DNA of 64,000 bases from Thaumarchaeota archaeon UBA164 (GTDB taxonomy: Archaea; Thermoproteota; Nitrososphaeria; Conexivisphaerales; UBA164): NCBI GenBank assembly GCA_002499005.1, contig DAJU01000001.1:24541-88540 (forward strand). The letters are read 5' to 3'. This document shows, one piece after another, positions 25,932 to 36,964 of this stretch. The position numbers were made by a program, and so were the translations under genes. Position 1 is the stretch's first letter; each line of letters begins with the position of its first letter. Under the pieces are notes generated by a model. That model was not told the origin of the DNA and made no database searches. It saw only the letters and a list, made by a program, of their open reading frames with translations.

Positions 25932-26900
25932 ATGGAGCCGGTAATCAGCTGGATCCTGGCCCTGACAACTATATTCATAGGCCCGGTTGTTACAATTTAC
26001 CTGATATGGGCGGTTATAGGCTTCAGGGGTTATATTTCTCTGTTTCAGTTTGTGGAGGGCAAGTCGTTTCTCTATAAGATAGACCCCCGCACAAAGATAC
26101 TCCTGGCTGTGGTACTTACAGTGGTTGCGGCCATGACAATATGGTGGATTTCAGCTATATTTGTAGCAGCGCTGCTTTTGCTTTACCTCTGGACAACTGA
26201 TCCTGTGGCAAAGTACAGGATAGTCCTGCCTCTTTCCCTCGCCACATTTATAGGGACTGCATGGACAGAGGGCATTTTTACACCACCTGAAACAATCGCG
26301 CTTCTGTTTGGGCGCGACACATTTCTCTTCCTGTTCCCCGCGGCGTTTCAGGCGATAGGCGCCTACGGCTTTTCTGTGCAGGGAATATTTTACGGGCTGC
26401 AGATATCCTTCAGGGCAACGACCGGCATAGCTTCAGGATTCCTTCTTGTGTTCACAAGCTCTCCTGCGGAGATACTTAACTCCCTTGAAAAGTCAAAGGT
26501 CCCAATAGAGATAGGATTCGGGCTACTTGTTGGGATAACTTCAATACCAAAGATTCTGGAGGCCACAGTTAACATAACCGACGCGGCAAGGGTAAGGGGA
26601 TTTGACTTCCGGCCAGCATCAGGTTCGTCGATAAGCTCTTATGGAAAGAGGTTCATTGAGCAGATCAGGATAGTGATACTTATACTGATGTCGGTTATTA
26701 TATGGACTCTTCAGGGGGCCCAGAACGTTGCAACCTCCGCGGACATCAGGGGATTCAGGGCGTTTCCAAAGAGGACATATTACAATGAGCCCAAGTTAAA
26801 GAGGATTGACGTTATAGCCGTGATCATAATAATTGCCATACTGGCAATTGGCATTTACCTTTCAGGAACCGGGTTTGGGCCGTTGGCTTACAACCCATAA
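25932..26900 (+). CDS. ecfT: ECF transporter transmembrane (T) component, CbiQ/EcfT family
   Basis: 322 aa polytopic protein. KIDPRTKILL near the N-terminus and the A.RVRGF coupling-helix region (AARVRGFDF) are typical of EcfT. Confidence 0.75.
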   Translation: MEPVISWILALTTIFIGPVVTIYLIWAVIGFRGYISLFQFVEGKSFLYKIDPRTKILLAVVLTVVAAMTIWWISAIFVAALLLLYLWTTDPVAKYRIVLPLSLATFIGTAWTEGIFTPPETIALLFGRDTFLFLFPAAFQAIGAYGFSVQGIFYGLQISFRATTGIASGFLLVFTSSPAEILNSLEKSKVPIEIGFGLLVGITSIPKILEATVNITDAARVRGFDFRPASGSSISSYGKRFIEQIRIVILILMSVIIWTLQGAQNVATSADIRGFRAFPKRTYYNEPKLKRIDVIAVIIIIAILAIGIYLSGTGFGPLAYNP

Positions 26901-26974
26901 GCAAGCCTTCAGTAACTCGTTTGATTTTGCAGTTTTAGCAATCGATTAAAGGCAGATCGGTCATATCATTCAGC

Positions 26975-27514
26975 ATGCTAAAGCTTTCCTGCGTTGATTC
27001 CCCAAGGGCCGTATCTCTGCTTTCCCTTGGAGCCAAGGCCGTGCTGGCCAGCGAAAGGGGCACGCGCTACATGTGCTCTGCCGGGTACAAGGGCGTTGAA
27101 GTAAACGAAAGGCTCGCGTCTTTCATGACCCCTGTTGAGATATTTAACAACTTTGACAGGCTGAAAAGCGTTGTTGAGCTCGACGAATCGCTTTCTGCCC
27201 TGTTCAGGCGCTTTAACAAAGGAGAGCTTGTAGTTTTGCCGGAGGGCAGGGGCCTTGGCGTGGCTCTTCTTGAGGGCAGTTGCTTTGCGGAGCTTTTTAA
27301 GGTTTCAGAGCCGCTTTATGGCTATCCTCTTAAGGGCAGCGCGGGTGACCTGGACATAGTAAAGCTGGAAGGGCCAGACTTCATGCTTGTGGAAAGTCCA
27401 TATGCGAACAGCTCTGAGCCGTCCGTGATCTCTGCCTTTGGAGGGGAGTGGACAATGCTAAAAGAGGGGCTGGTTAGCCTTGCAGAGCTAAGGCATTACA
27501 TAGGCCGGTTATAA
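26975..27514 (+). CDS. hypothetical protein, weakly YrdC/Sua5-like
   Basis: The C-terminal EPSVISAFGGEWTMLKEGLVS resembles the PSTIvD....ilR.G end of YrdC domains. The rest is divergent. Confidence 0.3.
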   Translation: MLKLSCVDSPRAVSLLSLGAKAVLASERGTRYMCSAGYKGVEVNERLASFMTPVEIFNNFDRLKSVVELDESLSALFRRFNKGELVVLPEGRGLGVALLEGSCFAELFKVSEPLYGYPLKGSAGDLDIVKLEGPDFMLVESPYANSSEPSVISAFGGEWTMLKEGLVSLAELRHYIGRL

Positions 27515-27544
27515 AAACAAAATAAAAATAGCACTTAAAAGTGA

Positions 27545-27691
27545 TTATAGAGTCGCGCCTATTCTATAAAGCTTTGTGCCACAGACAGGGCAGACGCCGG
27601 TAACGGCCTTCTTGCCGTTCTTCATCGTTACGACCTTTGGATCCTTTATTTCCCTCTTAGCCCTGCACTTTACGCAATATGCTTGGACCAT
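27545..27691 (-). CDS. 48-aa zinc-ribbon protein (DUF5679-like)
   Basis: Hand translation gives MVQAYCVKCRAKREIKDPKVVTMKNGKKAVTGVCPVCGTKLYRIGATL. The two CxxC pairs match the DUF5679 pattern. It is below the length cut-off of the ORF track and displaces plus-strand ORF 27576..27758. Confidence 0.7.
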   Translation of the reverse strand: MVQAYCVKCRAKREIKDPKVVTMKNGKKAVTGVCPVCGTKLYRIGATL

Positions 27692-27850
27692 TTTTCTTCG
27701 CCAACTGATATTAATTCATCGTTATTATAAAAGTGTTTCTGGGATAGGGGCCCTTTAAACGGAAAGACCAGCTGAACGAGATCATTGGTATGGAAAGTTA
27801 ACTAATTTTCACATATTAGCTTAATAATAACCTCCCCCAGCCTTTTACCG

Positions 27851-28147
27851 TTGAAAATAAAGGACCTTTCGGTTGGAAGTTCAAGGGTCAATGTGGAAGG
27901 AAAGATAGTTAACGTTGGTGAGCCAAGGCGGGTGAAGCTTAAGACCGGTGAGGAGGCGCTTGTAGCCGACGCAACTCTCGATGACGGGAGCGCAAAGATA
28001 ATACTCAGCCTGTGGAACGATCAGATAGAAATGGTCAAGGAAGGCGACACGGTGCGGGTCGTTAACGGGTATGTTTCCGCGTTCAGATCTGAGAAAAGGC
28101 TTAACGTCGGGAGATACGGGAAGCTAATAGTTAACGACCAGCAGTAG
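27851..28147 (+). CDS. single OB-fold nucleic-acid-binding protein (SSB/RPA-like)
   Basis: V.VEGKIV.V.EPR.V....GEEALVADATLDDGSAKIILSLWNDQ...V.EGD.V.V.NGYV is the OB pattern. 98 aa with a TTG start. Confidence 0.65.
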   Translation: MKIKDLSVGSSRVNVEGKIVNVGEPRRVKLKTGEEALVADATLDDGSAKIILSLWNDQIEMVKEGDTVRVVNGYVSAFRSEKRLNVGRYGKLIVNDQQ

Positions 28148-28148
28148 G

Positions 28149-28496
28149 CTACTGCTCCTTGAGCAGGTCTGAGAACGTAACAAGCTTTCCGTCCTTTGCC
28201 ACTTTTACGTGTGTTTCCACGTAAACGTTAAGCCCAACCCTTCTGAAAAGCTCCAGCAGCTCTCCCCCGCTTATCTTGTCTTTAATGACGCCCTGTTTTA
28301 TCAGCTCAGCCAGCCTTTCTGCTATCGCCGAGGCCTCCTTTGGATACTGCGCCAGCGCGGCATCCAGAACTTCGTCCCCTCTATCATAAAGGTAATCCCT
28401 GAGCGTTTCAACGGGCCCCTTCTCAGCCTTTGCATTTTTCTTCATAAGCTCAAGCATCTTTTTTCTGAGAAGGTACTCCTCATAATCGTCGCTCAT
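28149..28496 (-). CDS. PDCD5-like double-stranded DNA-binding protein
   Basis: 115 aa. An N-terminal charged helix is followed by YPKEASAIAERLAELIKQGVIKDKISGGELLELF, as in archaeal PDCD5/TFAR19 homologues. Confidence 0.5.
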   Translation of the reverse strand: MSDDYEEYLLRKKMLELMKKNAKAEKGPVETLRDYLYDRGDEVLDAALAQYPKEASAIAERLAELIKQGVIKDKISGGELLELFRRVGLNVYVETHVKVAKDGKLVTFSDLLKEQ

Positions 28497-28594
28497 ACGT
28501 TTTTATACTGAAGGAGCTCATTAAAGCCTTATCCTTAATTTCGCGCGGCCGCGTCAGGATAAGCGCAATAAGCTTATTAAATGCCGTATTTTAA

Positions 28595-29869
<1,275 letters not shown>

Positions 29870-29900
29870 TTTTTAGCGCCGTCAAAACAAACCAGCAACA

Positions 29901-30740
29901 ATGAGAAAGGTTTTTTGTGAGCCGCTTTCAAGGGAAGTAGAGGTTCCAGATAATCCTGAACGGATAGTAAGCCTTAGCCCAGCGGTTACGGAGGCGCTCT
30001 TTATGCTGGGTTTAGGCAACCGGGTAGTGGGCGTAAGCGCCTATGACTTTCATCCTCCAGAGGCTAGGAAGAGGCAGGTCGTGGGCTCCTATTCAACGGC
30101 CTCAGTATCAAGGCTGAGGGAGCTTAAGCCTGACCTGGTGCTTGTAATTACCGGCTATCAGAGGGAGCTGGCATTGAAGCTTTCAGAGGAGTTCCCGACT
30201 TATGCCTTTGAGCTTCCGCTAAGCGTGGCGGGCGTAATTGACCTGGCGGTTAAGGTAGGACTGGTTACAGGCGCTTATGAAATGGCAAGGAAGCTTGAAA
30301 GGGATATGATTAAGGCCGTTTCAGGGCTAACGCAGGGGTCCGGGAAGGTTTACATTGAAATAGACCTTGGCGGCCCCACCGCCTTTGGGGCATATAGCTA
30401 CATTACTGATGCGGTTGAAATGCTTGGCTACAGAAGCGTTACTGGAGATGAACCCGCAGAATGGCTTGTCCCCAGCTTTGAAATGGTAGCCATGGCAGAT
30501 CCAGACGTAATAGTTTATGAGCCAAAGATGTTCAGGCGCATTGAAAAGGCTGGTGTAATTGAAGCATTTAAGAAGAGGGGCTGGGGCAAGCTGAGGGCTT
30601 TGGCGGAGGGCCGCGTTATTGTAACACCAGGGCCGTATGATTTTCTTGCGCATCACGGGCCAAGCTTTGTCATTAACGCGCTACCGTGGCTCAGCAGGTC
30701 CCTTGAGGAGGCCTTAAAAGGGCCCTCGGGCGCTCAGTAG
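29901..30740 (+). CDS. periplasmic-binding-protein type 2 (BtuF/iron-siderophore-like) domain protein
   Basis: Contains PERIVSLSPAVTEALFMLGLGNRVVGVS and KPDLVLV. There is no obvious signal peptide and no adjacent permease or ATPase. Confidence 0.65.
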   Translation: MRKVFCEPLSREVEVPDNPERIVSLSPAVTEALFMLGLGNRVVGVSAYDFHPPEARKRQVVGSYSTASVSRLRELKPDLVLVITGYQRELALKLSEEFPTYAFELPLSVAGVIDLAVKVGLVTGAYEMARKLERDMIKAVSGLTQGSGKVYIEIDLGGPTAFGAYSYITDAVEMLGYRSVTGDEPAEWLVPSFEMVAMADPDVIVYEPKMFRRIEKAGVIEAFKKRGWGKLRALAEGRVIVTPGPYDFLAHHGPSFVINALPWLSRSLEEALKGPSGAQ

Positions 30741-31645
30741 GTCAGCCTCTTCAGCATGACTGAAATACCTCCCCAGAGGTCCATGCGCCTGCCTGATGAG
30801 AGCGAATCCTCCATTTCCGAAATAACCCTTAGCGCCTCAAGCCCAAGCCTGAGCGCCTTTTCCTCGTCAGGAGCTCCCTTTGAAAACGTCACGCCCTTCC
30901 CCTCAGATCCCGGGTACGGCGAAACTATAAGCAGCGCGCTGGCAAACCTGAACCTTACGCCCTTTTCTCTAAGCATTGAGCCATAAAGCTCGCTGAGGAT
31001 GGCCATCACCGAGGATTCCATTGAAGTTGCAAGGGCGCCCATCGTTTCATAAGCCCTTCCTCTTGCCTCAATCTCCCAGGGGATAGCTGACCTTTCCTCC
31101 GGGCTTTCATCAGCGTAAAGCGTGTCCTTTGTTATTCCAGGGCCAAAGTGGACCGTGTCTGAAACCCCAAGCCTGCTTGCGGCCTCCGCGATTGAAAGCA
31201 AAAGAAGCGGGCTTGACCTAGCAGGCCACTCCAGGGGCGCTATCTTTAACGTGGAGCCCTCGTTTCTTACTATCCCGGTCTCCGCAACTATATCGCCGAG
31301 CTTAACCCCCGGATTCCAGGAACCCGCTGTCCCCACCCTTATTACGTTTACCGATCTGTACCTAGAATAGTCAACGTTTGCAAGCGCCTCAGTAAGAGCT
31401 ATTTCAGCTGAGCCGGGCCCCATGCCGCTGCAGAAGACGGTGACGTCTATCCCTTTGTAGCTTCCCAGGTAAGTCAGCAGCCCCCTGTTCGAGCTTATGA
31501 GTCTTGAACCGTCTAAGAGCTTAGATGCAAGCTCTGCCCTCTCTGGGCTCCCAACGGTTATAATAAAGCCGCTTAGCTCGCCTTTTTTAGCCCTTATGTG
31601 GTAAGACCTGCCCTCAGAATCCCTAAACACATCAAGACCTTCCAT
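30734..31645 (-). CDS. nucleoside phosphorylase family (PNP/UDP type 1) protein
   Basis: Contains ITVGSPERAE, VFCSGMGPGSAEIALTEAL and IRVGTAGS. 303 aa. Confidence 0.7.
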   Translation of the reverse strand: MEGLDVFRDSEGRSYHIRAKKGELSGFIITVGSPERAELASKLLDGSRLISSNRGLLTYLGSYKGIDVTVFCSGMGPGSAEIALTEALANVDYSRYRSVNVIRVGTAGSWNPGVKLGDIVAETGIVRNEGSTLKIAPLEWPARSSPLLLLSIAEAASRLGVSDTVHFGPGITKDTLYADESPEERSAIPWEIEARGRAYETMGALATSMESSVMAILSELYGSMLREKGVRFRFASALLIVSPYPGSEGKGVTFSKGAPDEEKALRLGLEALRVISEMEDSLSSGRRMDLWGGISVMLKRLTY

Positions 31646-31741
31646 GATTTATGGACTGGAACAGATGAATAAAAACGTTGGGCGTAAGGTTCAACGGTTT
31701 CACAACGTTCCTTATATCTTAATTATAATAATACGCAACAT

Positions 31742-32971
31742 ATGAGGGTTGCGGGCCCTGTGCTCATAGGGCTTATTGCGTTCTGGGCAGTAGCCATCCC
31801 TTGGATAGCTGTGCCCCAGGCGGCATCTGCTAACAGCGGATACGCTGGCACTCTGAAGGAGACCTACAGGGGCCTGTTGACGGCTCTTTCCAGAACCCAG
31901 CCAGGCACCCCCCAGCACCAGGCCCTTGCTAACGCAGTCAGTTACATAAAAAAGGCCATGGACCTTTACGAGCAGAACAACTACACTGGATCCCTTGAGT
32001 ACTTTAACCTGGCTATGGCTGAAAGCGCCGCGGCCACAGCCTCTTCAGGCCCGTCCTTGCAACCAGGGATAAACGCTTCACGGGAAGCCGGCATAGAGTA
32101 CGCCTCTGACCTAGAGGCCCAGCTTGGCTCTATAACAAACACCGCCGAAAGGGCATATATACAGGGCATTATACAGGAAGCGCTAAACCTTTTGACGGCT
32201 CCAGCGTCAAATTCGTCACAGGCGGCGCAAAACTTGGCAACCGCCAGACACCTGCTTGGTCTTGCCAACTCTGAGCTTCAGAAGAGCTCAAGAGGGAGGC
32301 TTGCGGCCGCTGTCCGGGCAGGCTATATGAAGGCGCTCAAGGGGGATCACCGGGAAGAGGTCCTGGCCCTTGAAGCCATGATCAACATGAGCGCTTACGA
32401 GCTGATCAACGGCTCCGCGGCAAACTCGCTGTATCTGCTTAACGGGGCGCTGATAGACGGCACCGTTGGCGTGTACAACGGGCAGGTTTACGCCGTTCTA
32501 GGGTTTCCTCTTTATTACATAAGCCTAGGAGGCGTAAATTACAGCATAACTTCAGTTACAGCAGTAATGACGCAGCACGGGCACGGCAGGCTCCATGTAA
32601 TGATGGAGCAAGCGCTTGAGGGCAATGAATGGATCGTGGCGGCGCTTGGGTCTCAGGAATCATCATATGTTGAAAGCCACTCAGGCTCTGTAGTTGTTGT
32701 GTTTGTTCCAGCTGGAGGCGGGTTCAAAATAGCTCTTCTTGACGTTGGCGCATACAGCTCCAAGCCGTCAGGGATAATTCAGATTTCATATTCAACCACA
32801 GGTAACTTTTCAGCAACGCTTGCCAACGAAATCCTAATGGGAATGAGCTCTCTTGAGAGCGCGCGCTGGCCGTTTGGGGTTCAGGCAGTTAGCCTGAACG
32901 TTGGCAGCGATTATATAAACATAACATGGACCTTCAGCAACGGCCAGGAATACGGGCTGAGCCTCAGCTGA
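31742..32971 (+). CDS. secreted or surface protein of unknown function
   Basis: An N-terminal signal-like segment (VLIGLIAFWAVAIPWIAVPQAASA) is followed by a helical region and a beta-rich C-terminal half. It has at least 8 N-x-S/T sequons. Confidence 0.6.
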   Translation: MRVAGPVLIGLIAFWAVAIPWIAVPQAASANSGYAGTLKETYRGLLTALSRTQPGTPQHQALANAVSYIKKAMDLYEQNNYTGSLEYFNLAMAESAAATASSGPSLQPGINASREAGIEYASDLEAQLGSITNTAERAYIQGIIQEALNLLTAPASNSSQAAQNLATARHLLGLANSELQKSSRGRLAAAVRAGYMKALKGDHREEVLALEAMINMSAYELINGSAANSLYLLNGALIDGTVGVYNGQVYAVLGFPLYYISLGGVNYSITSVTAVMTQHGHGRLHVMMEQALEGNEWIVAALGSQESSYVESHSGSVVVVFVPAGGGFKIALLDVGAYSSKPSGIIQISYSTTGNFSATLANEILMGMSSLESARWPFGVQAVSLNVGSDYINITWTFSNGQEYGLSLS

Positions 32972-33037
32972 TTCCTGAAGCAGAGTTAGTAAAAGTGCTA
33001 ACTCAGGCCAGCGACTGCAAAAGCTTTTATTTGCTAA

Positions 33038-34348
33038 ATGCACGTTAAGTGCCCTATGCAGAGCAAAGGCTCAGGCATTTCCGGGTTTTATAAGCTATCC
33101 GTTGATGAAAGAAGAAAGCTGCTGGCCAAGGAGTACGGCCTTATCGAGGAGGATCTGAAGGCCCTTGAAACCGGCGGGCTGGGGATTGACGTTGCGGATA
33201 AGATGATAGAAAACGTAATCGGCACAATAGCTTACCCGATAGGCGTTGCTACAAACTTCCTAGTTAATGGGAAGGACGTGCTGGTCCCCATGGCTCTTGA
33301 GGAGGCGTCGGTTGTTGCGGCGGCAAGCAAGGCAGCGAAGATAGCAAGGGCCGGCGGAGGGTTCACAGCAGTTGCTGACGAGCCGGTGATGATCGGGACA
33401 GTTCAGCTTGTCGACGTCAGGGACCCCTCAGAAGCAGTTTACAGGATAAACGAGAAGCGCAACGAAATAATCAGGATGGGGAACGAGGTTCTTCCTGAAA
33501 TAATAAGAAAGGCTGGAGGGTTTAAGGGATACGACCTGAAGGTCCTTTACACCGACTCAGGCCCCATGGTTGAGCTTTACTTTTACGTTCACGTGCTTGA
33601 CGCGATGGGGGCAAACACCGTGGACACAGTTGCTGAAACGCTTGCACCCTATCTTGCCGACCTGGCCGGGGGCAGGTACCTTCTGAGGATAATATCCAAC
33701 TACGCGATAAGGAGAATGGCAAGAGCTCACGCTAGGTTCCCCATAAGCGAGCTTGGGGAAAACGGCAGCAGGGTGGCGCAGGACCTGATACATGCCTATA
33801 ACCTGGCAAGGGCAGACGTGTTCAGGGCCGTTACCCACAACAAGGGCATCATGAACGGAATAATAGCTGTTGCAAACGCTATATTTAACGACACAAGGGC
33901 AATAGAGGCCGGCGCACACGCTTATGCGTGCAGAAGCGGCGGCTACCAGCCCCTTACAAGCTACAGGATAGATGGGGATTATGTGGTGGGACAGATAGAG
34001 CTTCCACTGCAGGTGGCCACAGTGGGGGGCTCTGTGGGGCTTAACAGGGTCAGCAAGGTTGCGCTAAAGCTTATGGGCAACCCCACCTCAAAGGAGCTTG
34101 CTGAAATAATGGCCTCGGTTGGGCTTGCACAGAACTTTGCTGCAATGTACGCCCTTGTTACAGAGGGCATACAGAAGGGGCACATGAAGCTGCACGCAAG
34201 GAGCCTTGCGCTTAGCGCAGGGGCAAGAATAGATGAGGTTGACGAAGTTGTAAGGATGATGATTGAGAAGAACACAATAAGCTATGACGCCGCGAAGGGT
34301 TACCTTGAAAAGCTCAGGTCATCTAAAGGCGCCTCTCAACATCCTTAA
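33038..34348 (+). CDS. hmgA: class II (bacterial-type) HMG-CoA reductase
   Basis: Collinear with Pseudomonas mevalonii HMGR: MIENVIGT, VLVPMALEEASVVAAAS, DAMGANTVDT, THNKGIMNGI, EAGAHAYA, TEGIQKGHMKLHAR. Confidence 0.93.
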   Translation: MHVKCPMQSKGSGISGFYKLSVDERRKLLAKEYGLIEEDLKALETGGLGIDVADKMIENVIGTIAYPIGVATNFLVNGKDVLVPMALEEASVVAAASKAAKIARAGGGFTAVADEPVMIGTVQLVDVRDPSEAVYRINEKRNEIIRMGNEVLPEIIRKAGGFKGYDLKVLYTDSGPMVELYFYVHVLDAMGANTVDTVAETLAPYLADLAGGRYLLRIISNYAIRRMARAHARFPISELGENGSRVAQDLIHAYNLARADVFRAVTHNKGIMNGIIAVANAIFNDTRAIEAGAHAYACRSGGYQPLTSYRIDGDYVVGQIELPLQVATVGGSVGLNRVSKVALKLMGNPTSKELAEIMASVGLAQNFAAMYALVTEGIQKGHMKLHARSLALSAGARIDEVDEVVRMMIEKNTISYDAAKGYLEKLRSSKGASQHP

Positions 34349-36374
34349 CCTTTACCATGAGCACGCCGTTTTCCCTGTAAAGCTCAACTGACGCCAAGAA
34401 CCTGCTTCCCTTTTTTATGAGCGAAGGTGGACCGTTAAAGTTAGCCGGCTCAAGCCTGGCCCTCCACCTGCCGTCTATTATGGCCACGGCGCTTCCGGGG
34501 AACACCTTTTCAATAGTTATCTCCCTTATGTCCCTGCCAGCTGACCTGAGCGCCGAAACAGTCATGGCCCTCCCTGAAAAGATAACGGCCTTCCTTGAGC
34601 TTATAAGCCTTTTAAGGGCGACGTTGGCAACCCCATCGCTGTATCCAAGGGATGCAAGGTAAGACCTCAGCTCCTCAGGAGCCATGCCATCAGATCCGAC
34701 CTCCATGAGCTTCATGTATGCGTCCTCAGAAGCGCTTCTTATTTCCCTCTCAACATCGCCCGGCGCTGGCACGTTGTTCCTCTGCTGCTCCTGCCCCTCC
34801 GGGAACGATGGAAGTCTTCTCAGTATAGGTTGAAGCTTTGAGTTTATCCTTCTTACGATCTCCTTCATTATCTTTGCCTTTCTGATGCTTGAGAAGAGGT
34901 AGGCTGAGTCCAGGCTGCTCTCAGTAAAAAGTATGGTTACCTTTCCGGGCCCCCTTCTTCCGGTTCTCCCCTTCCTCTGTATATACCTTATCTCACTTGG
35001 AATGGGTTCAAAGAATATAACGTGCTCGACAGATGGTATGTCAAGCCCCTCCTCAGCTATTGAAGTCGACACAAGGATGTTTATGCTGCCCTGCTCAAGC
35101 TCCCTTAGCGCCTGAAGCTGCTCGTCCTGGCTCATGCCCTTATCCCATTCCCTTGAGGCCTGCCCCACAAACCTGCCCACCCTTGCCCCTTCAATGCCCT
35201 GAAGCACTTCAACCAGGTGCTGCACCGTTTCCCTGTACTGAGTAAATACAATAACCTTTGACAACGGATTTTCCCTTAGCTGTTCCCTTATAATGTTAAC
35301 CAGGGCACCCACCTTTGGGTGGTCCTCTGAAGCCCTTTCCAGCACGGCCACAAGCCTGGGGTAAAGCTCATCTGAAGCTATAGCTGTGTGGCTGCTTTTC
35401 TCCTCCCTTTCAATCCTTGCCATAAACGATCTCAATGGCACAGCGCCCTGCGTTTCCAGAAGCTCCTTCATGTGGTAAATGCTCATTGCCTCTGACTGAA
35501 CCTTTATAGCCTGGAAGAGCTTCCCCCTGTCCTCCCTGCTGGGATTGGAGTCAAGCTCGTGCCTTAGCCTGTCCCCCAGCTCAAGCAAATCCTTTCTGCT
35601 CACAGATCCAGCCCTCTGGAGGAACCCCTTTTCTGCCAGCCAGTTAAGCCTTCGTCCAAGCATCTCCTCTATAACGCTTCTCGCTTCGGCGTACGAAGGT
35701 GGAAGCTTTACCCTGACCCAGTTAATGTCAACCCTGTTGATGTACGGGCTCACATCTGGATCGGATTCGTCCTTTACAAAGACCTGCTCTATGAATAGGT
35801 TCCTGCATACATCCATAATCCTTTCTTCAGTAGATCCAGGCGAGGCGGTCATTGCAAATATCATGGGGTAGGCTGACCTTTCAACATAAGCCTTAGCTAT
35901 GGAAGTGTAAGGGTAGTCCTTGACCGCCCTGTGTGCTTCATCAAAGACAATAAGGCTGAAGGAGCCTATGTCAAGCCTTCCTTCGTCCACGTCATTTCTG
36001 ACAACCTCCGGTGTTGCAAAGTAAATCCGGGCATCGCCAGCCCATATAGCCTCCCTTACTTCAGGCCTTTGCGTCCCCGTAAGCGCTACGAATGCAGTTT
36101 CAGGAAGGTTCATGAGCCCCGCAAACGTCCTTTTATGCTGATGTGCCAGAGGCCTTGTTGGCGCCATTACAAGCACCTTTGCGTCCCCCTTTTTTCTCAA
36201 CACCTCAGCCGTCAGCAGGAGCGCAATAATTGTCTTTCCAAGCGCAGTTGGAAGTATCGCAAGCGTGTTTTTGCCAAACGAAACGTTTGCAAGGTTAACC
36301 TGGTAGTCCCTGTATTCCACAGCGTTTTCCCTTATCAGGGGGTGTTGCACATAGCGCTTCGTAAACGCCTCCAT
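34323..36374 (-). CDS. hef: Hef/FANCM-family SF2 helicase with no ERCC4 nuclease domain
   Basis: Contains LPTALGKT (motif I), DEAHRA (motif II), the inserted helical domain and QRKGRTGR (motif VI). The C-terminal 180 aa or so show no GDxnERKx3D nuclease motif. Confidence 0.85.
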   Translation of the reverse strand: MEAFTKRYVQHPLIRENAVEYRDYQVNLANVSFGKNTLAILPTALGKTIIALLLTAEVLRKKGDAKVLVMAPTRPLAHQHKRTFAGLMNLPETAFVALTGTQRPEVREAIWAGDARIYFATPEVVRNDVDEGRLDIGSFSLIVFDEAHRAVKDYPYTSIAKAYVERSAYPMIFAMTASPGSTEERIMDVCRNLFIEQVFVKDESDPDVSPYINRVDINWVRVKLPPSYAEARSVIEEMLGRRLNWLAEKGFLQRAGSVSRKDLLELGDRLRHELDSNPSREDRGKLFQAIKVQSEAMSIYHMKELLETQGAVPLRSFMARIEREEKSSHTAIASDELYPRLVAVLERASEDHPKVGALVNIIREQLRENPLSKVIVFTQYRETVQHLVEVLQGIEGARVGRFVGQASREWDKGMSQDEQLQALRELEQGSINILVSTSIAEEGLDIPSVEHVIFFEPIPSEIRYIQRKGRTGRRGPGKVTILFTESSLDSAYLFSSIRKAKIMKEIVRRINSKLQPILRRLPSFPEGQEQQRNNVPAPGDVEREIRSASEDAYMKLMEVGSDGMAPEELRSYLASLGYSDGVANVALKRLISSRKAVIFSGRAMTVSALRSAGRDIREITIEKVFPGSAVAIIDGRWRARLEPANFNGPPSLIKKGSRFLASVELYRENGVLMVKVKDVERRL

Positions 36375-36514
36375 CTAAGCTTAAGCTTGCGTCCACGTTA
36401 AATAAGCGTTATCGATTAAATCAATTAACGGCGAGTTCAGTTCCGTGCACATGCCAGCGTAATTTGTTTCTTCTAAACTCTTATATATTTAGAGGCCTCA
36501 AAAGTTACTTGAGG

Positions 36515-36964
36515 ATGAACAAAGGGGAACAGGAAAACGAGTACGAGGAGATAACAAGGCACCTCGACTACTATACGCTGACGGAGGAAGGCAGACAACA
36601 GCTGGAGGAGATATCAAGAAAGCGCGAAAGGATATTCATCGAGGAGCTTTTCAAGTATTACAGGCCTGAAAGGAACATCATATGGATGAGCAGCTACTGC
36701 GAGTCTTGCATATATTACACAACAAGGGGCGGAAATCCCTACTGCAGCTTTAATGAGTCGAGGCTGGTCAAGCCATTTCATGGCAGGGCAATACTCAAGC
36801 TCATAAAGGATGAGCTTGACAGGATAGTCTCCGTGGAGGTAAGGGACATAGACTGGGACGGTGTCTGGCAGAGCGTTGATGACGAGATAATAAGGGCATC
36901 AATGGAAGGCATAAACGGGGGCAGGCCTTACGACTGCTTTATGCCTGCCATAAACGGGGATTAA
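36515..36964 (+). CDS. hypothetical Cys-containing protein
   Basis: I moved the start from the track TTG at 36464 to the ATG at 36515. This ATG lies about 25-30 nt downstream of a TATA-like cttatatattt (36480-36490). Contains SSYCESCIYYTTRGGNPYC. Confidence 0.5.
   Translation: MNKGEQENEYEEITRHLDYYTLTEEGRQQLEEISRKRERIFIEELFKYYRPERNIIWMSSYCESCIYYTTRGGNPYCSFNESRLVKPFHGRAILKLIKDELDRIVSVEVRDIDWDGVWQSVDDEIIRASMEGINGGRPYDCFMPAINGD

Noticed and set aside
36377-36388. A perfect 12-bp palindrome AAGCTTAAGCTT, 3 nt upstream of the hef start.
   Set aside because: About 16 perfect 12-bp palindromes are expected by chance in 64 kb, and I saw no repeat of the motif elsewhere.
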